From the NCBI RefSeq assembly GCF_006345805.1, contig NC_043010.1, forward strand, positions 34,534,001-34,598,000: 64,000 nucleotides of DNA, written 5' to 3'. A program made the translations under genes and the position numbers. The notes beneath the pieces are model-generated. The model was given only the letters and a program-made list of their open reading frames with translations. It ran no database searches and was not told the origin of the DNA. Shown here piece by piece: positions 1-11,827 of this stretch. The stretch is from Octopus sinensis (taxonomy: Eukaryota). How positions within the stretch are numbered: position 1 is the first letter of the stretch; each line of letters begins with the position of its first letter.

Positions 1-175
1 CAGTATTGGACTAATACTTTATTTTTATTGACATTGGAAGGAAAAGAAGCTAAGTCAAACCTAGATGGACTCAGAGTATGTCACTACAATGGGACCTCAA
101 TTTACAAATTTAATTCATTCCTGGAGGCCGTTCATCATCTGGAAAGTTCATAAACCAAAAGTGATTTTCCTATAG

Positions 176-307
176 GAAATCCAAAAGAAGACGCAGCGGA
201 TTCAAGCTGGGTTGCATGCTGAGCAAAAACTTGACAGTAACAGACACTCTCTTGCTGATGTTCCCAGTTTGTTACCAACCATTGTTGCCTGCTTGTGTGT
301 TCATTAC
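176..307 (+). CDS. Candidate internal exon of an unidentified host gene (132 nt, frame-preserving)
   Basis: Unique sequence bounded by gtgattttcctatag| (175) and |gtaaga (308). Open in two + frames; phase 0 reads EIQKKTQRIQAGLHAEQKLDSNRHSLADVPSLLPTIVACLCVHY. No homolog recognised. Confidence 0.35.
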
Positions 308-440
308 GTAAGACACCATTCATCACCTGAGATGTTTTATGTTTGAAAGATTGTTTCTAAACTGATTTGTTTGTGGTGACAGACATTCATAAACCAATGT
401 TCCACTGTATATGCTATTTTAATTAAGCATTCTATGCACA

Positions 441-740
441 GGAGTGGCTGTGTGGTAAGTAGCTTGCTTACCAACCACATGGTTCCGGGTTCAGTCCCAC
501 TGTGTGGCACCTTGGCAAGTGTCTTCCACTATAGTCTCGGGCCGACCAAAGCCTTGTGAGTGGATTTGGTAGATGGAAACTGAAAGAAGCCCGTTGTATA
601 TATGTATATGTATATATATGTGTGTGTGTTTGTCTGTGTCTGTTCCCCAATATCATTTGACAACCGATGCTGGTGTGTTTACATCCCTGTAACTTAGCGG
701 TTCGGCAAAAGAGACTGATAGAATAAGTACTAGGCTTACA
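441..740 (+). mobile_element. tRNA-derived SINE, family A, 3'-truncated
   Basis: Head ggagtggctgtgtggtaagtagc...gggttcagtccc (Pol III A/B-box-like), internal (TA)/(TG) tract; near-identical to more than 10 other copies in the window. Confidence 0.9.
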
Positions 741-802
741 CACACACATACACATCATTATCAACACTTTGTAGTGCCCAGTCTCCATGCTGGTATGAGT
801 TG

Positions 803-843
<41 letters not shown>

Positions 844-1169
844 TGTATGTGTGTGTGTGTGTGCACTATATACTGGGTTCAATATAATTGACTATTCCCT
901 TCCCTCATATTTCTGACCTGTTCAAACTGAATGTGTTTTGAAAAAGATTTATAATGTTTGGTTGGTACGAAAACCACTATCACAAATCTTGACAATCCTG
1001 ATTTGGATGGTACCTGTTATATGGATTTAGGAAGTCCATATGGCAAGCACCGATGTTATGGAATCCACCATTAAAAAAAGAAGAAAAACTTACTAAAAGT
1101 TTTTGATCAAAGACAGTTGGAGATATGATAAAATGTATCCAGTCCAAGTTATAAAGTGATTTACATTAA

Positions 1170-1389
1170 CCCATTAGCATTTAAAATGATTATATCCCGC
1201 TCAAATATCCTACCTATTTCATGTTTAAATTGGCCAGATCTGACCTCTCACACCAGACTTACAATTTCATTCTAAAAATAAGCACTCACATCATTGACAT
1301 CTTGGTGCTATGATATAATGCATGATTAATTGAAAACTTTGTGAATAAATAAGCATTACAATAGACAGAGTGATTCAAATGCTAAATGG
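1170..1389. mobile_element. piggyBac-like MITE
   Basis: Imperfect TIRs cccattagcatt / aatgctaaatgg, flanked by TTAA at 1166-1169 and 1390-1393. Confidence 0.65.
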
Positions 1390-2218
1390 TTAAAGAAAGA
1401 AAGGACAGGGATGATGTAGGATTGTTAAGGAGTCTCTAGTGGCAGCAAAATAATAAAGTTGACCCAGTCCATGTCTTAAAGTAGTTAGTGATAGGTTAGC
1501 GATACAGCATCCAGCCATAAAAATCAAGAAAACATGACATACACAACTAGAGAACATGTTGGGCAGCAAGATGATTGGCGGTGCCAAGTGGTGAGACATT
1601 GTGAGACCAGTCCGATTCATGCCAGCACAGAGAAATGGATATAAAAGAATGATGATGATGTTGATGATGATGATGATGATGATGATGGTATTGAAGGTGT
1701 AATGGTGATGTGATGATGATGATAATGATGAAGATGCTAATATATACAAATGCATAAATGTACTTACACACACCATCATTGTAGATAGGCAGAATTGTGA
1801 AAGCGTTTGGCAAAATGCATTGTGGTAGTTCACTATGATCATTTATGTTCTGAGATCAAATCCTCATGAAATCAACTTTGCCTTTCGTCCTGAGTGGTGG
1901 TGGTGGGGAAGTCAGTTTAATATTCCTATGAAACAATCTTAATATGAAAAGAATTACAATAGAAGACTAAGATATTATACTTATTTTTACATCTTTCCTC
2001 TCAAGGGTTTCTAATATAAAAGTAGTTTATGTATTCATAATTAGTTTCACCATGAGTCACCTTGGGTGTAAAAAACATAAAGTCCTCAGCTGCTGACCTT
2101 AGGACTCCACACTAAGTCCTTGACCAACATACTTTCCTTAGTAACATTTACAAGAGTATGACATCATCCATGTATACGCCCAACACAATACATAAAAGCA
2201 TGTCACTTCACTTTCTTC

Positions 2219-2425
<207 letters not shown>

Positions 2426-2772
2426 CTCTTTCTCCCTGTCCCTCTCTTTCTCATGCAGGCACACATCAACACAATCAATGTTTACTGTGTATATTTGCTT
2501 TCTCTAACTTCTCAATCTCACTTTCAATTTCACAATTGCACACAACACACATTCTGCTGCTTTCTGTTTTGCTACCAGTGCTCTCCTCACCCACAGTCAT
2601 ATTTAATTATGATGTAGTATTACGAATTGACCAAATAATTAAAGCAATTGACATTCATGAGACAATGAAAGAGCCTCAATATAGTTAGCCAACCTGCTAG
2701 AACTAACAGTCAAAGCTTTCTCATATCAAACCTTACTATCTTTAAAAAGATGGCATAATGTTGTACAAAGTG

Positions 2773-3170
2773 TACTCTTTACTCTTTTGCTCTTTTACTT
2801 GTTTCAGTCATTTGAATGTGGCCATGCTGGAGCACCACCTTTAGTCGAGCAAATTGACCCCAGGACTTATTCTCTGTAAGCCTAGTACTTTTTCTATCAG
2901 TCTCTTTTGCTGAACCGCTAAGTTACGGGGACGTAAACACACCAGCATCGGTTGTCAAGTGATGTTGGGGGAACAAACACAGACAAACACACACACATAT
3001 ATATACATATATACGACGGGCTTCTTTCAGTTTCCATCTACCAAATCCACTCACAAGGCTTTGGTTGGCCCAAGGCTATAGTAGAAGACACTTACCCAAG
3101 GTGCCACGCAGTGGGACTGAACCCGGAACCATGTGGTTGGTAAGCAAGCTACTTACCACACAGCCACTCC
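2773..3170 (-). mobile_element. SINE family A, full length
   Basis: Reverse complement of family A, including the (aaagagt)n-like 3' tail. Confidence 0.92.
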
Positions 3171-3521
3171 TATGCCTATTCTTTTATTCTTTCACAATTT
3201 TTAACCATTGAGCCATGGCTATAGTGGGTCATTGCACCTTCAAAGGTTTTCTCAATGATATCAACACCAATACTTATTTTAATCTAGAGCTTAATTCATA
3301 GATCTCTATTTATGAAGCAGTAATGGGATATAAAGGTACACAGTGTACGCATATTACCAGTTTTAAAAATATGCATAAATATAAACACACATACATACAC
3401 AGACATATAATATTTGAGAGAAATACACAGGGACTGTAATTTAAGTTTCACTAGCAACACTTCATTAGACTGACCATCTGTGTGTGTGTATGTGTGTGTG
3501 TGTGTGTATGTATAAAAGAAT

Positions 3522-3812
3522 TGTTTGTTGTTTGTTTGTTCCTTCTTGAGTCACGCCTGGCTCATAGGTCCGGTTTCCCCGTTTCCTTGGTGTATAGGTT
3601 CCCCACCTGGATGGGATGCCGGTCCGTCGCAGGTGAGTTGTAAGATGCAGGAGGAAAGAGTGAGAGAAAGTTGTGGCGAAAGAGTCAACAGAAGTTAGAA
3701 TTACCTTCTGCCGGAGTCGCGTGGAGCTTAGGTGTTTCGCTCAGTCTGAGATTCGAACCCATGATCCCTCAACTGTGAGTCCACTACTCTGACCACTAGG
3801 CCATGTGCCTCC
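3522..3812 (-). mobile_element. tRNA-derived SINE, core E + tail 1
   Basis: Minus-strand head tggaggcacatggcctagtgg...gggttcgaatc, (CAAA)n tail, 14-bp TSD atgtataaaagaat at 3508-3521 and 3813-3826. Confidence 0.88.
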
Positions 3813-3852
3813 ATGTATAAAAGAATAGTTACAGCTAAAACATTTTGATCAC

Positions 3853-4238
3853 AGGTGCAAGCATGGCTGTGTGGTAAGAAGCTTGCTTCCCAACCACATG
3901 GTCCAGAGTTCAGTCTCACTGCATGGTACCTTGGGCAAGTGTCTTGTACTATAGCCTTGAGCCAACCAAAGCCTTGTTAGTGGGTTTGGTAGATGGAAAC
4001 TGAAAGAAGCCTGCCATACATAAGTGTGTGTGTGTGTGAGTTTGTGTTTGTCCCCACCATCACTTGAGAACTGGAGTTGGCGTGTTTACATCTCATAACT
4101 TAGTGCTTCAACAAATAAGACTGAAAGAATAAGTACCAGACCAATAGAATAAGTACTGGTGGTTGATTCCTTTGACTAAAAATTCTTCATAGTAGTGCCC
4201 AGGATGGCTGCAGTCTAATGATTGAAACGAGTAAAAAA
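3853..4238 (+). mobile_element. SINE family A, diverged copy
   Basis: Aligns by eye to family A from head to tail. Confidence 0.85.
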
Positions 4239-4394
4239 TAGGCCTACTGAATGAGGACCAACTTGGTTCTAATCAGCCACAACAATTTGTGCAGCCTATC
4301 TTCTTGCAATTGGACATTGCACTTCATTTTCATCCTCATCATCATCTCTAATATGTTTGCCATGCTAGCATGGATTGGAACTATTTATGTTATA

Positions 4395-5069
4395 CTAGCA
4401 GTATCGCCCGGCGTTACTCGGGTTTGTAAGAGAAATAACTATATAAGCATTTTTAGAGATGTAAAGTATAATAGCCATCTCAATATGGCTAACCACAAAG
4501 TGGGGGTGTTACTGTAGCTTTATATGTTCTGAGATTTAATAATAAATTTTTAGAGAGTTACTTCCCTTATATATGCCAAAAATGCATTAAAAATGGGAAA
4601 AATTGATGGTAAATTTTATTTTTAAATCGTAGGCTCATCGTAGACGCGTGCTAATACCCAGAAGGGCTCGATATGAATCACGACTATAAGATACCCGGTT
4701 TTGGTTAAACTGCACCGCAAAATGTGGGAGTAGTTAGGAATCTAAATCATAGGAGACAGACAGCACACAACCTCTTTTATATATAAAGACTAGCAGTATT
4801 GCCCGGCGTTGCTCGGGTTTGTAAGGGAAATAACTATATAAGCATTTTTAGAGATGTAAAGTATACTAGCCATCTCAATATGGCTAACCACAAAGGGGGG
4901 GTGTTACTGTAGCTTTTTACATTCTGAGATTTAATAATAAATTTTTAGAGAGTTACTTCCCTTATATATGCCAAAAATGCATTAAAAATGGGAAAAATTG
5001 ACGGTAAATCTTTTTTTAAATCGTAGACTCATTGTAGATGTGCGCTTACCTCACTTTTATATATAGAGA
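4395..5069 (-). mobile_element. Non-autonomous Helitron, head-to-tail dimer (5069-4790 and 4789-4395)
   Basis: On the minus strand each unit starts TC and ends CTAG, with a GC hairpin (cccg-agcaacgc-cggg) about 8 nt upstream of CTAG. Exact CTAG|TC junction at 4790/4789; inserted between A and T; no TSD. Confidence 0.85.
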
Positions 5070-5879
5070 TTTTAGAATATTTTCTGTCACAGCAAGTCTT
5101 TTGTGTTTACTGCAATATTCCATAAATATTCAATGCTTGCTTTCTGCATTGCATCATGGAATTTTTTCTAGATTACCCTGACAGGACATCTGCTTTTACA
5201 ACAATTTCATTGACATGATAAATAATATAGGTCTCCCTCAGGTTTGACAATAAGTGTTCTTATGGCTTGGTCAGTGGAACAGCCTCTTTATTGAATTAGC
5301 ATGCAAGCAAATGAATATTCCACAGACATGTGTACCCTTCATGTAATTATCAAAGTGAATCAGAGTGACAATATATAACAAGGCTGGCCCTTTGAATTAG
5401 AAGGACAAGTTATCTGACAGCAGGGTCATCATTGCAGCATTTTAGTCCCCAGGGTAAATCAAGTCTCATCATATTTATTTAATGACAAGCCACAGCATAT
5501 ATAGATTAGAAACCGATCCCTAGACCCTTGAAGCTGCAGGGTAAATCAATACAATGGGCTCTACAGTATTTATTTATTGACTGCAAGCCACAACATACAT
5601 AGATCATAATTGGACCTTTAGACCTGTGAGGCCCCTGAGCAATTGCTCAGTGAACCCATGCCTTCAGATGGCCCTGTCTGACAGGATTCCTCACAGTTTC
5701 AGTCTAATTTCACCGACAAGGTATGGGTTGACCAGAGTCTAATGTGAACTTCAGACTGTATCTATATGACATTATGCCTTCCAAGTGCATTTGAAATTGA
5801 AGGCATTCACCTTCCTCTACCTTGAGAGTATGTGTAGATACCTTGTCACCATCATGTTTTCTCTTTTTCTGGCTTGGGT

Positions 5880-6205
5880 AGCTATGAGTCTCCTTTACAG
5901 CAAGGCACCTGTTCCTCTCATAGATTTTAACCTCTTATTACCTATCATAAAGGGGTCTTGCCTTGTGAGTTACCTGGCAATTTCACTAGAGCTGGTGCCA
6001 CAAAACAAAAGCACCCAGTACTCAGTACAATCTATAAAGTGGTTGGCACTAAAAAGGGCATCTAATCATAGAATTTGCGCCAAAGTAGATATTGGAGCTT
6101 GGCACAGTCCTTTGGTTTGTTGGTTCCTGTTGAATTGTCCAACCCATGCCAGCATGGAAAATGGACATTCAATGACGATGATGGTGATAATATTGATGAT
6201 GATGA
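5880..6205 (+). mobile_element. Family D retroposon fragment with (GAT)n tail
   Basis: aaaagcacccagtac...ccaacccatgccagcatggaaaatggac followed by a gat-rich tail; matches 36780-37310. Confidence 0.7.
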
Positions 6206-6793
6206 TCCTATACTGTATGCTTCCATAAAATTTCCATCTGCTCAATTTCATTTGCAAGGTTTACATTGACCTAAAACTATAGTAAAAGACATTTGTGTAA
6301 GATTCTATGCAGTGGTATTGAACCTAAGACCTCATGATTCTTAACCATTTGACTATGCCCGATGCATTTCATTGCTATACATATCCTTGCATACATAACA
6401 TCACACAGATGTCTTCCATCTCAACTGTCAGCCTCTTATCATCAGAGAGCGTTTCTAGTCATGCTCTAATAATACTACACTTGTAAACAAAATACTTAAC
6501 ACTGCCTTCATAAATAGAAACCCAGCAAATGAAAGAACCTCCACGTGGTCAGCCAACATGCTAGAAACAACACCTGAATTTCCTTTAATGCTTATCTTAT
6601 CATCTTGAATTAGGAAAGAAAATATGAAATAATGTTGTTTAAAATACTTTTAAAATGATGGAATGGTTAGAGTCTGGAATACATTGATCATCGGTCTGCA
6701 CAGTCAGGGTTGACCTAGGGTTAAATAACAACAACAACAATGCAAACAGAGCCTTTGTGGGAGCCCTTAAGAGAAATTGCAGCTTAATCCTCC

Positions 6794-7201
6794 AGTGGCT
6801 GTGTGGTAAATAGCTTGCTTACCAACCACATAGTTCCGGGTTCAGTCCCACTGCGTGGCACCTTGGGCAAGTGTCTTCTACTATAGCCTTGGGCTGACCA
6901 AAGCCTTGTGAGTGGACTTGGTAGACAGAAACTGAAAGAAGCCCATCGTATATATGTATATGTATATATATATATGTGTGTGTGTTTGTGTGTCTGTGTT
7001 TGTCCTCCCAACATTGCTTGACAACCGATGCTGGTGTGTTTACATCCCTGTAACTTAGAGGTTCAGCAAAAAAGACTGATAGAAAAAGTACTAGGCTTAC
7101 AAAGAATAAGTCCTGGGGTCGATTTGCTTGACTAAAGGCGGTGCTCCAGCATGGCCATAGTCAAATGACTGAAGCAAGTAAAAGAGTAAAGAGTAAAGAG
7201 T
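6794..7201 (+). mobile_element. SINE family A, full length
   Basis: Head to (aaagagt)n tail; high identity to other copies. Confidence 0.92.
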
Positions 7202-7589
7202 TACCAACATAAACAAGGAATGACACATTGGACAATGTTGTCCTAGATATATTTTGTCTGAAAATAGGAATGGAATGGTCATGGCTAGAATGCTATTGAT
7301 CATAAACTTGTTTCTTCAGAGCTAACCTGGGACTAGACAATAATGTCCCAAATGAAGAAGTCTCTAAGCAGTTACTCAACCTGCTAGAAATGGCAGTCAG
7401 ATCCTCCCGACTCACACTTTATTGTCTTAGAAAAGGAAGAATAAATTGGCCATTGTAGAACTAGACATAAAAAAAGACTGGGATGCCTTTGATCATAGGC
7501 ATGTTCTGTCAGAGCTGACCAGGGGCTAAACACCACCACCACCACCAACAGCAACAAGCTATACAGAACACAAATTTTCCCTTAATATT

Positions 7590-7807
7590 CATTTCTACTC
7601 TAGGTACAAGGCCTGAAATTTTTTTTGTGGGTGGGGGGCAGTCAATTAGATTGACCCCAGTATGCAATTGGTACTTAATTTATCAACCCCGAAAGGATGA
7701 AAGGCAACGTCGACCTCGGTGGAATTTGAACTCAGAACGTAAAGACAGAAGAAACACCGCTAGGCATTTTGCCTGGCGTGCTAATGTTTCCACCAGCTCG
7801 CCACCTT
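7590..7807 (-). mobile_element. tRNA-derived SINE, family B (short tail)
   Basis: B-box gagttcaaattcc on the minus strand; 17-bp TSD aattttcccttaatatt at 7573-7589 and 7808-7824. Confidence 0.92.
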
Positions 7808-8689
7808 AATTTTCCCTTAATATTAGCACAGTCAACATATAATAGCAATGAAACAAAAGCACTCAGAAATATCCCACATTGCTGCTTGAGTAGCTAAAAA
7901 TAACAGTAAAGTTTCCCCTTCAAGCAACACCTTATCTTTAAAAAGGTAAAACACATTGAATTAATGTACTTCTAGATATATAGATTGAAAATATAAAGAG
8001 TGGTGGTCATAGCTAGACTGCATCAATCACATGTCTACTTAATCAGAGCTAACCTGGGGTTAAACAACAACAACAGCAAATTACCACAAATGAAATACCA
8101 CCTGGACATGTGAAGGTATTGTTGGTTATCATGGCAAAATCTAAGGCAGCACATACAAAGTCATTTGATCTGCTAGAAATAGAAGCCATATCACCCTTTT
8201 ATATCACTTGATAACTAAAAACAAAATGGAAGGCACATTGCATAATGTAATTTTAGACAAATTAAAAATCTGAATAAAGATAAAATGGTAAAGACTGGAA
8301 TGTTTTAAATCATAGTCTGCTCGATCGGGTAGGACTGACCTGGGGTGTGGATGGGAGAAGCAAACACACAAACACATATGCAGCAGATGAATTTCATATA
8401 CTGGGTGATTGAGGATAAACATAAATACAAGCAAAACAAACCCTTTGTTGCGTCAGTTTGACTAGATCTCAGGTATTTTAAAATCAACATTCACACTTCT
8501 TTACAAAACAAATATTTTGTAAATCTACCCAGACACTAGTAATATGGTTTCATAATAGCATTTTACATTTACTAAGATATTCAATCAATGATATGACCAC
8601 TAAACATGATATATACTTTAATGACAAACTGACCGTTCGTACACAGTCTAGTGATTACAGCCCACTAGCAGATGTTTTACTGTTACCAA

Positions 8690-9660
8690 ACACTCCACCC
8701 TCTGCATGTCCACTACCATATGTTTTATGGTCACCAAATACTTCAATCACTGTATGCCCACTACCATGTGTTTTACAGTTACTAAATACACCAACCATTA
8801 TATGTCCACTACCATGTTTTATAATCACCAAACATTACAGACACTCCATGTCCACTGACATATGTTTTACAGTCACCAAACATTCAAGCCATAAAATGTC
8901 CATGACAATCTGTTACAATCACCAAACCCTTCAGCCACTCCATGACCACTGCCATATTTTACAGTCACCAAAGTTTCCAGACACTCCATGTCCACTACCA
9001 TATGTTTTATAGTCACCAAACACTTCATCCATAAAATGTGCACTACCATATGTTTTATGGTCACCAAACCTCCAGCTGCTCCATGTCCACTACCATATGT
9101 TTTACAGTCACCAAGCAGTCCAGACACTCCACGCCCACTAACATATGTTTTGCAGTCATCAGACACTCTGGTCATTCTATAACTAATAACCATATGTTTT
9201 ACAGTTACCAAGCACTCCAACCATAAAATGTCCATGTCCATCTGTTACAATCACCAAACACTCCTGCCACTCCATATCCATTGATATATATTTTATGGTC
9301 ATCAAAAACTCTAGACACTTCTTGTCCACTGCCATATGTTTTACAGTCATCAAAAACTGTAGCTATTCCATGTCCACTACCATATGTTTTACAACCATTG
9401 AAGATTCCAGCCAATATATGACCACTACCATATGTTTTATTGTCACCTAACACTCCAGCCACTCTATTTCCATAACCATATGTTTTACAGTCACCAAAGA
9501 TTCCAGCCACTCTATGTCCACTACCATATGTTTTATGATCACCAAACACTCCATGTCCACATGGTCACCAAATACTCCAGCCACTTCATTTCCATTATCC
9601 TATGTATTATAGTTACCAAAGACTTCAGCCACTCCATGTCCAATACCATCTTTTACAGCC
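8690..9660. repeat. Degenerate ~48-bp minisatellite with shorter variant units
   Basis: About 20 units of atgtccactaccatatgttttacagtcaccaaacactccagccactcc. Confidence 0.9.
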
Positions 9661-10299
9661 ACAGACACTCCGTCCATCACAAGTCTGGGTTATATGATAT
9701 ATAAATCCGACATAAATATCAAATAATATCAATGTTCTTTTTGATGTTCCATATAGTTTAAGATAAATCATTTATCAATGTCTTGGCTTAGCAGTTCACT
9801 GGAGACCTCCTGCCCACATATTACTCAAGACTGATTGATGTAGACTCCACCTACTGTAATAATTACATTATTTATGTGACATAACATTATCTGCATAGGT
9901 GTATATGAATACAAGCATATGTAAGTGTGTGCGTATTGCTAACGTGCTAGTGTGGGCATGGTTGTGTGATATATTGACAAACGCTTGTTTTGTGCTATCC
10001 ATGTATACATATATATATCTGTGCTGTGATTGTTGTTGTTATTAAGCCCCAGATGAACATTGATGAAGCAAACATATGATCAAAGAAGTTGAAGTTGCAG
10101 CCATGACCACAATGCTCTTTTTGAGATATCTAGGACTACGTTATTTCATGCATTCTTCCTTTTCTAAGGTGGTGTGGTCTTAATTGAGAAAGATTTGGCT
10201 GTAATTTCTAGATGGTCAAACAATCATACAAAGACTCCTTATGGGACTGGGTGTGCATGCATGCAGTCATGCGTATGTGGTAATGAGATACAGTTCAAA

Positions 10300-10500
10300 T
10301 TTATAGAAAAGCAAAGACAAGACAGGTATAGGAACAACAAGCAAGTGTATTAGTTTGACACTTGGGAAAAATGGGAAAGTCTTTTACGTTTTGAACCTAT
10401 GCTCTTCAACAGAAAGGAATAAGAGAAAATAAACAGAGAGAGAATAAAAAAAATGTGTTGAGTTCAGTGGTCCAACATGGTGAAAGCATATATCAGAAAA
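10300..10500 (-). mobile_element. Small repeat (family P2) carrying a hammerhead-like motif at 10380-10417
   Basis: Homologous to 60900-61040. Minus strand reads ccttt CTGTTGA a gagc-atag-gttc AAAAC GT A aaaga. Confidence 0.6.
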
Positions 10501-10522
10501 GAAGCACACTCTAAAGAATAAA

Positions 10523-10662
10523 GCAGTAATTTACATTAGTTACATTTGATGGATATTTGTCTTCATCTTGTTTGTTGTTAACACAATGCTTCGGCTGTTA
10601 TACCCTCCAGCCTCCATCAGGTGTCTTGGGGAAATTTCGAACCTGAGTTCTCATTCCTAAGG
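10523..10662 (-). mobile_element. Family P1 fragment carrying a decayed hammerhead-like motif (10580-10625)
   Basis: Homologous to both arms of 29245-29735. Minus strand reads gacac CTGATGG a ggctg...cagcc GAAGC AT T gtgtt. Confidence 0.7.
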
Positions 10663-10904
10663 TTCAATACTTTTTATATTGATTATGTCCTTGAATTGAG
10701 CCCCACTCTATGTTTTATGAGTCCAAGTTGGAGCCTCTATATGATGACTCAACCTACAAGAAGTCTCTCTCAAACCACAACCCTAATGTCTAACAAATAT
10801 ACACATTGGTTATGTGGTCCTGAATTGATTACACTTGATCATAGGTCTGGGTAGGATCTGGGTTTAAACAACTTATGATTGTGCATATGCAAGCAGACTT
10901 GTGT

Positions 10905-11155
10905 CATCATCATCATCATCATCGTTTAACGTCCGTTTTCCATGCTAGCATGGGTTGGACGGTTCGACCGGGGTCTGGGAAGCCAGAAGGCTGCACCAGG
11001 CTCCAGTCTGATCTGGCAGTGGTTCTACAGCTGGATGCCCTTCCTAACGCCAACCACTCTGTGAGTGTAGTGGGTGCTTTTTACGTGCCACTGGCACAGG
11101 TGCCAGGGGAGGCTGGCAACGACCATGATCAGTTGGTGCTTTTTACATGCCAGAT
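10905..11155 (-). mobile_element. Family D retroposon
   Basis: (CAT)n on + (the (GAT)n tail) followed by the conserved body shared with 25960-26130. Confidence 0.88.
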
Positions 11156-11432
11156 AAAAAATAGCAGGCATATATATATAATTTTTGTTTGAAGTTTTGC
11201 AGTAAGAAATTATCATTATTAAGCATTGATATATTCAAACTACTATCCTTATCTTAATGTAATATTCACAATATTTCAGCTGTTGTATACCCTCTGACTT
11301 CCTTCATGCTTATAACAGTGAGCAACATCTTTCAGAAAATCTACCTTGTGAGCATAGTCTCAACTTCCAAGAACATGTGTATGTATGTGTGTGTATTTAT
11401 GTATGTATAAGGTTTAAGGCTTTACATTAGAG

Positions 11433-11580
11433 CAGGAATGGGCAACCTTTTTCAAAAAGCTGGCTGCACAAGACATGGCTCGTTAGCAGGTGGACCACAC
11501 TACTAAAACAATATTCAAGCTAATATTTCATAAGGCATGACATTTAGAAAGTCCTGCAGGTTGCAGGTTGTCCTTGACTA
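11433..11580. mobile_element. hAT-type MITE
   Basis: Ends caggaatgggcaacc / ggttgtccttgacta; 8-bp TSD cattagag / tattagag. Confidence 0.65.
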
Positions 11581-11827
11581 TATTAGAGGCATGTTGCAAA
11601 AAAATTCAAAAGAATTGTTATTCTATACAATATCAGGCTGGTATTCAGAAGCAGGTCTATTCTTTGGGAACATCTTTCACAAACAACGCCTCCATCAGAA
11701 GAGATCATAACTAAGAGCTGTATGTATTTCCTGCCCCTGCCGCCGTGCAGTCATAGAAATGAATACAAAACTAGGATCAGCTACTCTTTAAGATAAAACC
11801 AAAGGAACATTGTATAGCTGTAATTTG

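Larger units (their letters stand above)
6535..8345 (+). mobile_element. Cluster of five co-oriented family F retroposon fragments with (AAC)n tails, interrupted by SINEs
   Basis: Recurrent ctgctagaaat...gatcataggtctg...ctgacctggggctaaacaacaac at about 6535-6740, 7200-7345, 7370-7555, 7865-8078 and 8150-8345. Confidence 0.7.

Noticed and set aside
135-326. Minus-strand 63-aa ORF as a terminal exon
   Set aside because: Its acceptor lacks a pyrimidine tract; the + strand offers stronger paired splice sites. Not excluded, but less likely.
441-510. tRNA genes at SINE heads
   Set aside because: A- and B-box-like motifs are present, but there is no complete cloverleaf and each continues into a SINE body.
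468-866. Recurrent ORFs such as RHLPKVPRSGTEPGTMWLVSKLLTTQPL (also 6784, 11993, 46716, 51574, 56703)
   Set aside because: Antisense translations of SINE family A; they recur wherever the SINE lies.
900-1165. Open stretch NLDWIHFIISPTVFDQKLL... on the minus strand
   Set aside because: No usable acceptor, it abuts a MITE, and no recognisable domain.
5785-6228. 147-aa hydrophobic ORF
   Set aside because: Mostly overlaps a family D repeat and its (GAT)n tail; no domain signal.
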